Of a DNA stretch of 64,000 nt, positions 11,489 to 23,255 are shown in pieces. Position numbers and translations under genes: made by a program. The notes under the pieces were generated by a model. That model was not told the DNA's origin. It worked only from the letters and a program-made list of their open reading frames with translations, and did not search any database. The DNA is taken from NCBI GenBank assembly GCA_026770705.1, contig JANJGN010000047.1, positions 3,348,001-3,412,000 of the forward strand, in the 5' to 3' direction. The stretch's first letter is position 1. Every line of letters starts with the position of its first letter. This stretch comes from Isurus oxyrinchus (taxonomy: Eukaryota).

Positions 11489-12849
11489 GTTTGTAACTTC
11501 CATTGCAAAGCCAATACGCACTGGGGAACTCCATTTCCGTTTACCCCCGTTAAAAGTCAGGGCAATGAATGGGCCCAACAGGGATTCCACTCACTTTACT
11601 CATGTGAAAGTTTCCTATCTCCGCTTACTTTTGTTATGTGAGAAGAGTAATGAGCTTCTTAAATTTCCCAAAATTCTGTGTTACCTAAAGCGTGCTTTGC
11701 CGTTTGGTGGAAAATAGCGATCAGATCAGTGTTTCCAACTTCCCAAGGGACTGCTCACTGCATTCATTAGGTATCAGACTGACAAAATTATGCAAAGAGA
11801 GGATTATAAAACAGAAAATGCAATCCACTCTCATCAACTATGATAGCCTACAGGGCCGCTGATCTCAGGGGCTGAGAATCATATTCGGGTATCATTTATC
11901 CAACATTATGAATATCTATAATGGAAACAAAAACACATTCAAACTACTTTCAACAGAATCCACGAGAACATTTTTCAATAACTAATAAGAATATGCTAAA
12001 CACTGGGCCAAACCATTGGGAACAAGAGCACATGGCAAAAAAATAAATAACGATAATTTAGGGAAGAATAACAATGATGGGAAGAATTGTGGTGGCATGC
12101 AGGATAAGGGAGAACGTGAAGAAAGATGAAAAATGTAGTTATGGTGATAATAATGACTAGTCAATGAAATGATCGTGGATTGTCTAGCAAATTAGTAGAA
12201 TATTTAACGGTACAAAGTAAGGGTAGGTCAATATGGCATGACAGTGTTCCAAAAAGGAACTGAAAGAATAAGAGCGGCATTCATGAAATATTAATTAACA
12301 ACATTATTTTAGTATTCACCAGGGGTAAGAGGGCATGACTTTGGAAAATTAGATTAGGAGTGACAACAATTCATTTAAAAAGAAAGTAAACAAAAAAAAT
12401 CTTACCAAAAAATATCATTGGTCAGAACAGTTTGCATCCATTAATTACGGAAAGAAAATAAGATAGCAGAGGCACATTTACAGTGGTCAAACAATTCATT
12501 TCAAGCAGTGGTAGTGCCACGATCCTGGCAGGTAACTAAAATTAAATGTGCAATTAAATATGGAGAAGAAAAATGTCCAGGACAAAAGATCCGTTGCCTG
12601 AACGTTGGTTGGAGAAAAACTTATTCAATTGATACAAAGGAGGAAAAGGGTACAAATTAGCATCAAACGACTAAAATAGCAGCCAGCAAACACTCGATAA
12701 TGGGAACTGTCACTTTAGGAACGTCAGCAAAATGTTCAAAAAGGTAACAGCATAGATAAGGTTAGCAGTGAGGACATACATTCTGTGGATTTGAAAAATA
12801 ATTTTTGGAACTGTGCCCTTAACATACCGATGGATAATACAAGTGCTTA

Positions 12850-13280
12850 CATCTCAGCCATTGCCCAGTGGGTGTCAAATTTGCTTCTCATTCAATATCT
12901 TCTGGCATCCAGTTCCACTCCAGTACTTGCTCAGAAATATCAAGGAGACACTGTGGTGCAGAAATGAGCAGCTGATGCGCTCTTGGCAGTGTTCTCTTTC
13001 AGAGTCATTGTTTAAGTGGTGACCAAAATATCTTCTCCTGGAGAATTTAGACATGCCCTTGGTATACTGACAAATATGTATATCTTGAACAAAATCACAA
13101 AGTCAGATTATCTGCTAATTAGTACATTGCTGTGGTTGCCCGTGGAAAGAATTTTTGTTTACAAATTGTCTGCCACCTGTCCCATATTTCAATAGTGACG
13201 ATACATCACAAGTGTCCATTAGCTGCAAACAGCTTTGGACATATGGTGATCAGGAAAAGCACTGTTTGCTCTTATTCATT
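12850..13280 (+). mobile_element. Deu-domain SINE remnant inserted in decayed CR1 sequence
   Basis: cagattatctgctaattagtacattgctgtg...caaattgtctgcc...cattagctgcaaacagctttggac, homologous to 3130-3270. Confidence 0.6.
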
Positions 13281-14206
13281 ACATTTACATGGAGTCAAGT
13301 GACACCTATGGGAATGAGTAGCCTGCTGCCTGCAAGACAAGAAACAGAGAGTTATACAAGGTAGTTATGTAGGGGGAGGAAAGTGGGAATGGGTATTTAA
13401 AACGCATCACTGCTGGGATTACTGTTGTTATAAATTAATCTGAATGATTTAGATTTGGATGAAAACGATATATTTTTCTAAATTTATCTAGTGACCAAAT
13501 TGTGGTGGCTCGGGGCAGTAAAAGCATTTTAAAAACAGACATTAATAAATTTCCGACAAAGAACATACGATTGGCAAATGAATCTCTACATAATAATTAT
13601 GGGGAATTTCAATCTAGTATAAAAAGTAAGAATTAATTTTCGATCTGTAACAATGAATCGGAATTAAATACTAAAATCGTTGAATGCAGGAGTTCAGGGA
13701 AACGAATAAAGAAAGAAAATCGATCCAGAATGATCAGGTTGTAAAAAACCAAAGCAAACACTAATTTATTTCTGGATATTTGTCCTTGAATAACAATATT
13801 ACTCTGTTGAACCTCGATCGAACATTAGTTCGAGGGAATTTGGAATATAATTTAGAGTTCTGACCAGCATATTATTATAAAATATAGAGCAGGAGATGAT
13901 GAGGCTCGCAGCACTTTACAAGAACGAAAACCGTGTTATGAGCAAAAGGAATACAAAAATGCTGAAAATAAGGATCATAAAATTCTGGTCTCTTTTTGGT
14001 TCCATTGCCCATGAGTTCCTTTCTCCTCCGTCAAATGGTGCGGAATTAACGTCTCTGAAAATGAAAGGGAAGGGGAGTTTTGGGCAGGGGATTATTTATT
14101 GTAACCTCTACTCCAAAGGTCTGAACACTTCTTTACCGTGTGGAGACTATAATGATATAAACAATTGCTCCAAGAACCAAATTATTTTGTCCCCTTTCTT
14201 TAACAG

Positions 14207-14317
14207 TTTCTGCTTCCATTGTTTCGCTCAATGATATCGAATATTACACCAGCCACATTTTGGATTTCAAAAGTCTTGGATCGCAAACTCCTGACGAGAA
14301 CTCATCCAGTATTCAGG
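14207..14317 (+). CDS. Cytoplasmic exon 2 (VSASIVSLNDIEYYTSHILDFKSLGSQTPDENSSSIQ)
   Basis: cccctttctttaacag| acceptor, CAGG|gtgggt donor, 111 nt, phase 1-1, open frame. Confidence 0.7.
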
Positions 14318-14850
14318 GTGGGTAAAGTTTTACTTCCGACCGTCTCGTTTTCATCCTTCGCACTCAGTAATATCAACAATCGAATGTGAAGTATTAAAAA
14401 GAACAAAAACACCATTAAGTTGCACGGACGATGATATCAGCTACTACAGTGACTTTAGATAAAAGCGCTTCTGAAATACTTTCAGGCTGATACAATATCA
14501 TATCAAAATCATGTGATTGTACTCAATAATACAAAGGAGTGAAATGCTTTAACTTAGAGTACATATCATATTATTAGTTTCATCACAAGGCCCAGTAACC
14601 TGCGAAATGTGCAATGCGCATGCAGGCTGTCGAGATCATTGGGTCAGTGAGACACGTGACATCAAAACATAAAATAATAATACTGTGACGCGAAATGTTC
14701 CAAAAATTATCCACACATTAAACGCCCTCCCCTGTTAGTGCAACAGAACCACTGTTCTCTCCTCGGAATGTTTTGTTGACAAGTCTCAATGTTATTCCAA
14801 CTCTTCATTGTTAGCAATTAATCTCAATGAAAGTCGTTTGTTCCTCCCAG

Positions 14851-14976
14851 CTTTCCGTGATTACGACGATGCTGAGACTACAGACAATGATTCTAAGGGC
14901 GATCACTTGCTGCCGGACCGTGTTCATGATGAGTTCGTCACACGGGAAAATACCGGCGGTGATATTTTAACTCTGG
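14851..14976 (+). CDS. Cytoplasmic exon 3 with DYDDA motif (AFRDYDDAETTDNDSKGDHLLPDRVHDEFVTRENTGGDILTL)
   Basis: ttcctcccag| acceptor, CTGG|gtgaga donor, 126 nt, phase 1-1. YDDA/YDDV-type motifs occur in WC1/SCART tails. Confidence 0.8.
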
Positions 14977-15489
14977 GTGAGACAGAGATTTATTTATCTT
15001 CTCAGACTGTCTCTCTGTATTGTTGGTGACTTTCTTATTCTCTGCTAATATCGGTTCTGAAATGACTGATAGTCCATTGGATGAACTGCGGAGTCTCTCA
15101 CTAACGGCACATGCGCTGCTTGAATGGTTGGGTAGACAGGTTGTCCGAACTGTTGTGCGCTCCATCCATCATCTCGACTTAGTTTATGCACGTTTGTGTT
15201 TGCTGGATTGCGGCCAACCGCGTTCTCAGATAAGTCACAGGGTTAGCTGACTGTCTTCAGGGATGCGTTGGAAACATCCCTGAATTGTTTTTCCTCCTCC
15301 TTCTGGGAGAAATCTGCCTCCTGCACCTCCCGCCACTGACTTCAGAGTAGCTGATTACTTGTGATTATTCCTTCCATCACCTGCTCACATTTGCGGTTTG
15401 AACTGGATCTCTTTAAAAGTCCATTCATATTGGCGATTGAACAAGGCTTTGTTAGGAGTATGCTCCTCTTGAGCTGATACCACTTATTT

Positions 15490-16800
15490 CTTGAATTTGT
15501 TGGATATGGGCGACACTGGCTTGGCCAGAATTTATTGCCCGAACACAATTGTCTTTGCAAAGGTGGTGGTGAGCTGCATTCTTGTAGCTTTGTAGCCCCT
15601 CTATTGTAAGTACCCGCGCAAAGCTGTTGAACACAGGTTTCCAGCATTCTGAGCCAGTGACACTGAATTAAAGGCAATAAATTTCCAAGTCAGAAAGGCT
15701 TGTGGCTTGGAGGGACATTCCAAATGTCGGTGATCTCGTGTATGCTATTCCCGTGTCCCACTAAATGGCCCTGGTCTGGCGCTCAGATGGTGCTGCCACA
15801 AGGGAGTTAGTGAGATTCTGCAGTACCTCCTACAGATGGTACACATTGATGCTACTGTTCTTCGATGTGATGGGAGTGAATGTTTGTGGAAGGGATAGCA
15901 ATCAAGCAGAGTTCCTAGTTCCGTATGTTGATGAGCTTCTTCGGTGTTGTTAGTCGTGCAATCGTCCACTCAAGTGAAGAGTTTTTCATTAGGCTCCTGA
16001 CTTGTGCCTTGTCGACTATGTACAGGTTCTGTGGAGTCAGGAGTTGAACTGCTCACCTCAGGGTTCCGAGAATCTGACATGCTCTTGTAGTCAAAGTGTT
16101 TACCTGGCTATTCCAGTTGAATTGATGGTCAATTGTAATCCCCACGATTTTGATAGCAGGGGATTCAGAGATGACCATGCCATTAAATGTCAAGGTTAGA
16201 TTCTCCCTTATGGGAGATGGTAATTGTCTGGCACCTTTGTGGAGTGAATGTTACTTGTCACATGTCAGCACAAGAGTGGATATTTTCAAAATCGTGCTGC
16301 ATTTAGTCAAGGACAATTTCAGAACCTGAGCTGTTGTGAACGGTGATGATCACGGTGCAATCAACAGTGAACATTCCCTATTCTCACCTTCTGATGAAAG
16401 GAAGGTCATTCATGAAGCAGCTGAAGATGACTGGGCCGAGGGCACTAATCCGAGGAACTCCTGCAGTGGTGCCCTATAACTGAGATCCATGGCCTCCAAA
16501 AGCCACAGCCATTTTCCTGTGTGGTATATGTTACTCCAAGCAATGGCAAGTTTTTTTTTTCATTCCCTTGGATCCCAAAGACTCCAGTTTCACTCGGGCT
16601 ACTTGAAGCCACGCTGCGGTCACATAATGCCCTGATGTCAAAGGCAGTCACTGGCCCCTCACCTTGGCAGTTCAGGTTTGTTGTCCATGTTTGAGCCAAG
16701 GCCGAAAATAATAATGAACCCATACTGATCGACACTGAGCAGGAGATTGCTAAGCATGAGTCTCTTCTGATTTTACTGATGATGGAGAGTAGACTGATTG
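15490..16800 (-). mobile_element. LINE (same family as 9270-10400), antisense, intronic
   Basis: gggcgacactggcttggccagaatttattgccc...aggtggtggtgagctgcattcttg; atgaagcagctgaagatgactgggccgagg is the reverse complement of the RT LGP..F motif. Confidence 0.7.
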
Positions 16801-16866
16801 GGATCGGGTTGGCTTTAGTCATTGATAAAATTAATGCTGTTTGCTGTGATTTTCTCATTTGTTCAG

Positions 16867-16901
16867 ACCCCAAGCAGGAATACGTCGAGTGCTCAACATG
16901 A
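16867..16901 (+). CDS. Candidate terminal coding exon (DPKQEYVECST*)
   Basis: Strong acceptor gattttctcatttgttcag|, phase 1, TGA at 16899-16901, AATAAA at ~16964 and ~16992. An alternative candidate lies at 17583-17632. Confidence 0.45.
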
Positions 16902-18799
16902 AACATCAGGCTTTGCAGGACGTTGTCTGTTGCCTCCCAGCAGCACAACACAGCCCGGGCAAAAATAAACATCATTTCTCTTTCACTCATAAATAAATAA
17001 ATTCTAACTTCTTTATGGTGCTGTCCCACACCCACACACATGCTTACTCGCTTGTGCACAAACACATCAGGCACCTGAAATGCACCCGCTCTCAGCCCAT
17101 TATTAACCAATAATATGTTCATCCTAAGTGCATAACACTCAGGTTATATTTGATTACGCCTTATCGGTTCCTCCCATTCCTGATATGTATGACAATGTCC
17201 TCTGTGAAACATTCACAAACCCGCCCAATCTGTCCCCAGAAAGCAGTGAGGGTATTGCTCAAACTTTACAACATATACATTAAACTGGGAAAGCAATGCT
17301 TTATTACTGGCTACAAGCTTGTTCCGCATAGTTAGGGACTATGAAGCCCTCTCTGGTCTTTACCATATCATTACATGGAGTTGTTCCGATGCTTTTAATG
17401 ATGCGGAAATTATCAATGATAATTTGCTGTTTTTTATTTTCAATTCAACAAACAACAAAAAAAAACTATTTGATTTGGAAATAGTCCGAAGAATAAAATG
17501 AATGCATCGCTTTCATTTAGATGATGGCGGAAATAGTTGCAACCCTCTCTCTAAAGCAATATTATTTTAACCCATCTTTCAGGTAAAATACATCGACAAA
17601 TCGAGGATCCGACGTCCCACGCATGTGACTAACTGTGTGATATCTGAGGGAACGACCTTAAGTTTTCAATAAATATATCCATCTGGAAGATGCTTAACTT
17701 TCCGACATAAACATGTTTTGAGAAAAAAAAAACAAACGTTACCTTGTGTGGAGACATCTAGATTCGTTTCTTAAATCTATAAATTATCTTAAAAAGTATA
17801 AATACTGCCTAATGAGAATTGTAGGACAAAGGATTTTTTTCGAGCATTTTCATGTATATAATTAAACTGTAGCACACTCCGCTGTATCGACAATACAACC
17901 CATCAAGAGAATTGAAGAACCAATGACTATCATTAAAAGTTTATTTTCAGCTCCATTTTGTAATAGTTTTTTCTTTCCAAATGCCTTACAAATGAAGGGT
18001 TGGAACAGGGAAATAAATGAAATATCTGTTTTACATCCATTTGGTGTGCTTTCTCTCTAGACTGCCACATACGTCGGACACAGAGAGCTGCATTCTCATA
18101 GCAGCTCAAAACAGCACGATGTTGCTTGACAGCACAACATATAACTCTCGGGTTATCGAGTCTGGAGGGAGGAAAACATTCAGAATTCAATATGTCTCCA
18201 ATACTTTACTTTTATAACATAACTGCTCAGTTGTCCATCAGTGGAGCTCAGATCTAACTGACTCAGGAGAAACAATTCACCGTGCACTATCCCCCAGCAG
18301 CTCTTATTTTAGTTCCATGAGGTTGGCGATTGTATCAGGCATGACCACATGCAGAGGGCCACCATTATAACAAATACAGCACAAAATAGAGACAAAATGT
18401 TCAAATAATGACATAACATAGACTGTTAGAGAAACAGTGCTCATGTTTCCTGTCTGTGAAAGGGTCATGGGCCGGATTGATAAAATAAACCCTCAGCTCT
18501 AGCACTCTGTGTTCTGTCCCTGTGAACTTGCTGTGCTATGTACGCTCAGGGAAAAAAAAATCTTCCTTCTCTGAAAGGCTGGTGGAAACATAATCGCGCT
18601 TAATGTTTGTTGCCAATCTTCCAGCTGGTAGAACCGAATCACCAGCTGTTTGGAATTTTGTCCTGTCTTCACCTGTAGCGAGACACCAACAGTTGACATC
18701 AAGCCATCCTTCCCCAGACACTCTCGGGACACCATGGATGCTGGAGTTATGCACACAGGAAACTAATTCCCCCTCACGCCACAGTCTACTCGAGCATAT

Positions 18800-19265
18800 T
18801 CTACATCCTTCTGAATTCCCATAACACTCAAGACACTCAAGAACATCCAGTATTAAAGCCGCCCGCTTGACTGCTGCACCACCCGCCATCTACGGCCTTA
18901 AATAAATCATTCCTTCTCCCTTTGACAATGGTAGCAGTGTGTACCATTTCAAAGATATACTGCAAATACTGAATAAGATTATTTTGGCAAAACTTCCACA
19001 CACACGAGCTCTCCAACATAGAAGGACAAGGGCAGCAGGCGCATGGAAGCGATGCTACCTGCAATTTCCCATTCAAATCTCACACACCGTATGGACTTGG
19101 AAGTATATTGTCGTTCTTTTACTGCCGATGCACAAAAATCCTGGAAATCCCACCGAACCGCACAGAGAATGTATCTACACCACAGGAATCTGGCTCCCAC
19201 CATAAATATCAGGGCAATTGGCAATGGGTAGGGTATAGTGGCATAGCTAGTGATGCAACATCACG
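18800..19265 (+). mobile_element. LINE 3' end (same family, sense orientation)
   Basis: aacactcaagaacatccagtattaaagccgcccgcttga...cagggcaattggcaatggg...tagctagtgatgc is the reverse complement of the 9270/15490 copies. Confidence 0.65.
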
Positions 19266-19611
19266 CAAATGCCTTTATAAAAATGGTGCAGCTGTCTGAC
19301 ACATCATTCCCACTTCTTGCTATCACTAATATTTTGAAAGTCATTTACAATTCTCTTCAGACTATACGCAACATGTTTAACCATTTCCAGTATCCTGGCC
19401 TTCATTAATTCTGTTTCACAATGGACATCCAGTTCCCCTACAACAACTTGGACATGCCACTACATCTGTATCACCGTTCATTCCATGTTGTTGTTTTAGG
19501 GTCCTGGAATTCCCTTCCTTACAACTCTATAATTAAAGGGCAATTAGGAATCAGCAACAAAATCTGAATTTACCACCACTCCCGCATACCACAAAAGAAT
19601 AAAAACGTGAT

Positions 19612-20380
19612 GCATCCTTCCCTCAGCAGAACAGCCAATTCCCATAGAACTCTATCTTCACCAGGTTTCCCAATCCCTCTAAGCCTCATGCATCACGACA
19701 ACATTCAGTCCCCCTGCAAATCCATTCATCAGCAGGGCATCCAGTTCTTCTACACACACATACCTCAGCAATACAATTGGTCCCTCTGAACATATATTGT
19801 TCAACAAGAAATCCAGTTTCACTATGCCAACATCCCGCACAACGACATTCAGTCCTTCTTTAACTCCATCAGTCGCCACGTCTTGTAGTCCCTCTGCATA
19901 ACATTCCCTCAATGGATATCTTGTTCCTCTTCAACTAAATGCCACAGCAGGAAATCAAATTCCTCCACATCTCCATCCCTCAGCCTGGCACACAATCTTT
20001 CCAACTTTCCATGCCTCACGAGGAAATTCAATCCCTCTCCACCTTCGTCTACCAACAGGGTATTCATAACCTCTACCCCTTCATCTTCACCAGGAAAACC
20101 AATCTCTCTTCACCTCCATCCCGCAATATGACCGGCAGTCACTCCTCACCTCCATCCATCACAGGGCATGCAGTAATTCCGCATATCGGACACTCAACAG
20201 CATGCATTTTCCCTCTACACATTCATCCCTCAGCCCGGCACACAGTAAGACTGTATTCCCATTATTCAGCCGGACATCCAGCTTGTCCAGGCCACCTCAC
20301 TCACCCCTGGCATCCGGTACCTCTACACGTCTCCCTCCGTGGGCATCCAGTCCTTCTACACTTTCATCCCTCCCCAGTGA
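19612..20380. repeat. Degenerate 36-bp minisatellite, about 21 copies, consensus ~CAGCAGGACATCCAGTCCCTCTACACCTCCATCCCT
   Basis: 12-aa periodicity in the + ORFs (HQQGIQFFYTHI, PQQEIKFLHISI, PHEEIQSLSTFV, YQQGIHNLYPFI). Confidence 0.8.
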
Positions 20381-20399
20381 TGTTAAGTGACTATGACAT

Positions 20400-21890
20400 G
20401 GTTAATTTTTCATGAGGACAGAGAATGATGTATTTGGGTATGAAACAAGGGTCCTGAAACGTAATGGAGAAGGTTGCGATGGTTTGGGGTGCGGCCTGTC
20501 TTTGCTGGATTTGGAAATGTTTTTTGGAGGGATGACGGTGGATGGGCAGTGACGGATATTTGGGGGGCGCTTTGTGGCTTCAACACTTGTTTGTTCATGT
20601 CTGGCGCAAGGGGAAGATAGCAATGGTGTCTGATCCATGGCCTACAGGGGAAATTGGGGATAGTGTTGGATCCAAGGAAGCGGCAGACAAGTTGGAGGGG
20701 AAAAAGGGAAAGACATGAGGATTGGGAGCACTTTAGAGTTCATCAGGGGAAGACCAGGGGATTGATTAAGTGGCGAGGGTGGAGAGTGCGAGTAGACTTG
20801 CGGGAAAATATCAACTGACTGTTAACGCTTCTATAGAATGTGAGGAGGGAAGGGTTGGTGGATACATGTGCGGGTCTCTTAGAGTCAGAAACAGGTGATT
20901 TATGATTGAGAACGAAGGGGTGGCTGACCAACTAGATGGATACTTTTGGTCTGACTTCACAAAGGAGGACGTGGGTGACGTGCCAGAAATGTTGGGGAAC
21001 AGGGTCTAGAGTGTAAGGGAGGAGCTGTAAGGAATCAGTATGGGCACAGAAATGGTGTTGGAGGGATTGATGGGATTGAGGGTCAGTGGAATCCTGGGGC
21101 CTGATTGTCTACGTCCCAGTGTACTTGGGGAGGTCGCCCTTTAAGTGGTGGATGCACTGGTGGTCATATTCTGAGATTCTATAGAGTCGGGTAAAGTTCC
21201 TGCGGGTTGGAGTTTAACTAACAGAACGCCAAAATTTGGAAGGGCAGTTAGAGAGAACGCAGGGAGTTGTTGACCAGTCGGGCTGACATCGGTGGTGTGG
21301 AGAATTCAGGAGTTAAATTTGGAATATTTGGTAGGTGAGCCCTTGGGAAGCAGTGGCAGAATCGGACAGAGTCAGAGACGGACAGAAGACTGGTTGGCAG
21401 GCAAGAATTAGGGAGCGGTCATGAGCAGGTCTTTTACCGAATGGCAGGCAGTGAATAGAGCAGTGCTGCGGGGGTCGTTGCTGCCATCCAGGTTATTCAG
21501 GGTGTGTGTCAATGGTTTTGATGAGGGAGCTGGGTGTGGTGTCTCCGAATTTGCAGATGACATGGTTCTGGTTGGGAGGGTGAGCTGTGTGGAGGATGCG
21601 GAGATGCTTCGGTGTGATTTGGACAGGGTGAGTGGGTGGGCTGCTGCATGCCAGAAGCAGTGTGCTGGGGACGGATGTGAGTTTGTCCACTCTGGTCGCA
21701 GGGATGGGAGGGCAGATCGTTATCTGAATGGCTTTGAATTGAGTGAGGGGAGTGGGCAAAGAGGTATGGGGACCGGCCACTGAGGGTAAGCATGCTAGTG
21801 CAGTGGTCAATGGGGGAGGCGGATGGTGTGTCGGCCTTCGTAGCTGGAAGATTCGAGTAAAGGAGGGGGGGATGTATTGCTGCAAATATA
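20400..21890 (+). mobile_element. CR1-type LINE ORF2 fragment with strong A-to-G bias and an internal deletion near 21375
   Basis: ORF 21421-21783 reads AVLRGSLLPSRLFRVCVNGFDEG...VSEFADDMVLVG, corresponding to CR1 RT GVPQGSVLGP.LF.IYINDLDEG...ISKFADDTKLGG. Homologous to 27.0-29.5 kb. Confidence 0.85.
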
Positions 21891-22344
21891 CAGATTATAA
21901 AATTTCATATCCGAGTGTCACAAAGACTGCTCATCATAACAAGGAGACACAGGAAAGGCACATTCTGGGGAGTTAATTTATACTAGTGAAGTAGAAGGGA
22001 TTAACACACTTGCCCAGGCTCTGCAAGTCCATTTCCCAAACTCCCAAACTCTGCCCATACGTATTGTTGAACCCCAGAATGCAGATTAGAAGTGGACACA
22101 GCCTGTTGATTGTGTTTACCTTGACGGGCAGCCTCTGGAGGTACCCAGCCTGCTGTCGTGGTCCTAAAATGTGGAAGAGGTACCCTCCTCGGCATGTGGA
22201 GTTGGGGCTGCTGAGGTCACTGGAAGGGGGACTCGGAGAGGACAGGTACGCGTGGAGCCAATGGATTGTATAGACATGGTGATGTGCATTGTGGGATTAT
22301 CCTGCATATTGGTGCCTGAAAGTCCTTGTCTGAGTCATTGGCTG

Positions 22345-22835
22345 CGTGTGTGAGATAATGTGTATGTATGTGCCTGTGTGTGCATGTGTGTGTCTGTTCA
22401 TTTGTGTCTTCATGAATCTGTATGTGTAAGAGAGAGGGAGAGACGTGTGTGTTTATTCCTGTATATTTCTGTGTGTGAAAACGGATGTTTATCTTAAAAT
22501 TTCTGCGAATGTGGAAATTCACTTGTGTTTATGTTCCTGATATATGTGTATTGCTGTTATTGTGTGCACGTGTGCTTTTCTGTGTGTTTGTGTGTCAGGG
22601 AGTACTTGTGAGATTTTGTCCGTGTGCTTGAGTATCTCTGCTTGTGACAGTAATTATGTGAGCAGGTGTGAATCATTTTTTGTTTGCCTATGTGTATTCA
22701 TATGTGTGTCTGCGCATTTGCACGCTTGTGTGATTTTGTGTGTGTGTGTGCGTGTTGTGTCTGTGTGTGTATTTCTGTGTGTTTGTGTGAGTGAGTGTTT
22801 CTTTGCACATGTGTGTGTGTGTGTGAGAGAGAGAT
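22345..22835. repeat. Degenerate (TG)n low-complexity tract
   Basis: Long imperfect TG-rich run ending in (GA)n. Confidence 0.85.
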
Positions 22836-22851
22836 AGGGTGAGAGTTTATG

Positions 22852-23255
22852 TGAAACATAGGAACATAGAAATATAGAAATTGGAGCAGGAGTAGGCCAT
22901 TGGGCCCTTCGACACTGCTCCATCATTCATTATGATCATTGCTGATAATCCAGCTCAATATCCTGCTCCAGCTTTTTTCCAACATCCTTTGATCCATTTC
23001 ACCCCAAGAGCTATATCAACTCTTCCCTTAAAACATGCAATGTTTTGGCCTGTACTAATTCATTTGGCAACGAACTCCAAAGGCTCAAGAACGATAGAGG
23101 TGTTGAAAACACAGCTTGACAAATACATGAATAGGACGGCAATAGAGGGATACAGACCCTGGAAGTGCAAAATGTTTTAGTTGGTGGTCAATAGGATCGA
23201 CGCAGGCTTGGAGCCAGAAGGGCCTGTTCCTGTGCTGTACTTTTCTTTGTACTAT
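22852..23255. mobile_element. Two CR1-type 3' ends in opposite orientation (minus ~22852-23085, plus ~23085-23255)
   Basis: gaaacataggaacatagaaatatagaaattggagcaggagtaggccattgggccc (antisense tail) and gggcctgttcctgtgctgtacttttctttgtactatg (sense tail). Confidence 0.7.

Noticed and set aside
16445-17122. Longest ORF in the track (225 aa, minus strand)
   Set aside because: Its C-terminal half is frameshifted LINE RT sequence (PISLLSIISK, TAFDIRALCDR) and its N-terminal half is antisense to the SRCR gene 3' region; not a coherent protein.
17319-17570. Possible extra cytoplasmic exons (VRDYEALSG...; DDGGNSCNPLSK)
   Set aside because: Acceptors exist, but there are no convincing in-phase donors or recognisable motifs.
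19939-20415. 158-aa ORF with 12-aa repeats as a candidate repeat protein
   Set aside because: It derives from the 36-bp minisatellite; neighbouring units contain stops and frameshifts, and there are no splice signals.
22544-22926. Cys/Val-rich and His/Thr-rich ORFs (also 33885-34249, 48388-48849, 62750-63979)
   Set aside because: Translations of TG/CA and GA/TC microsatellites.
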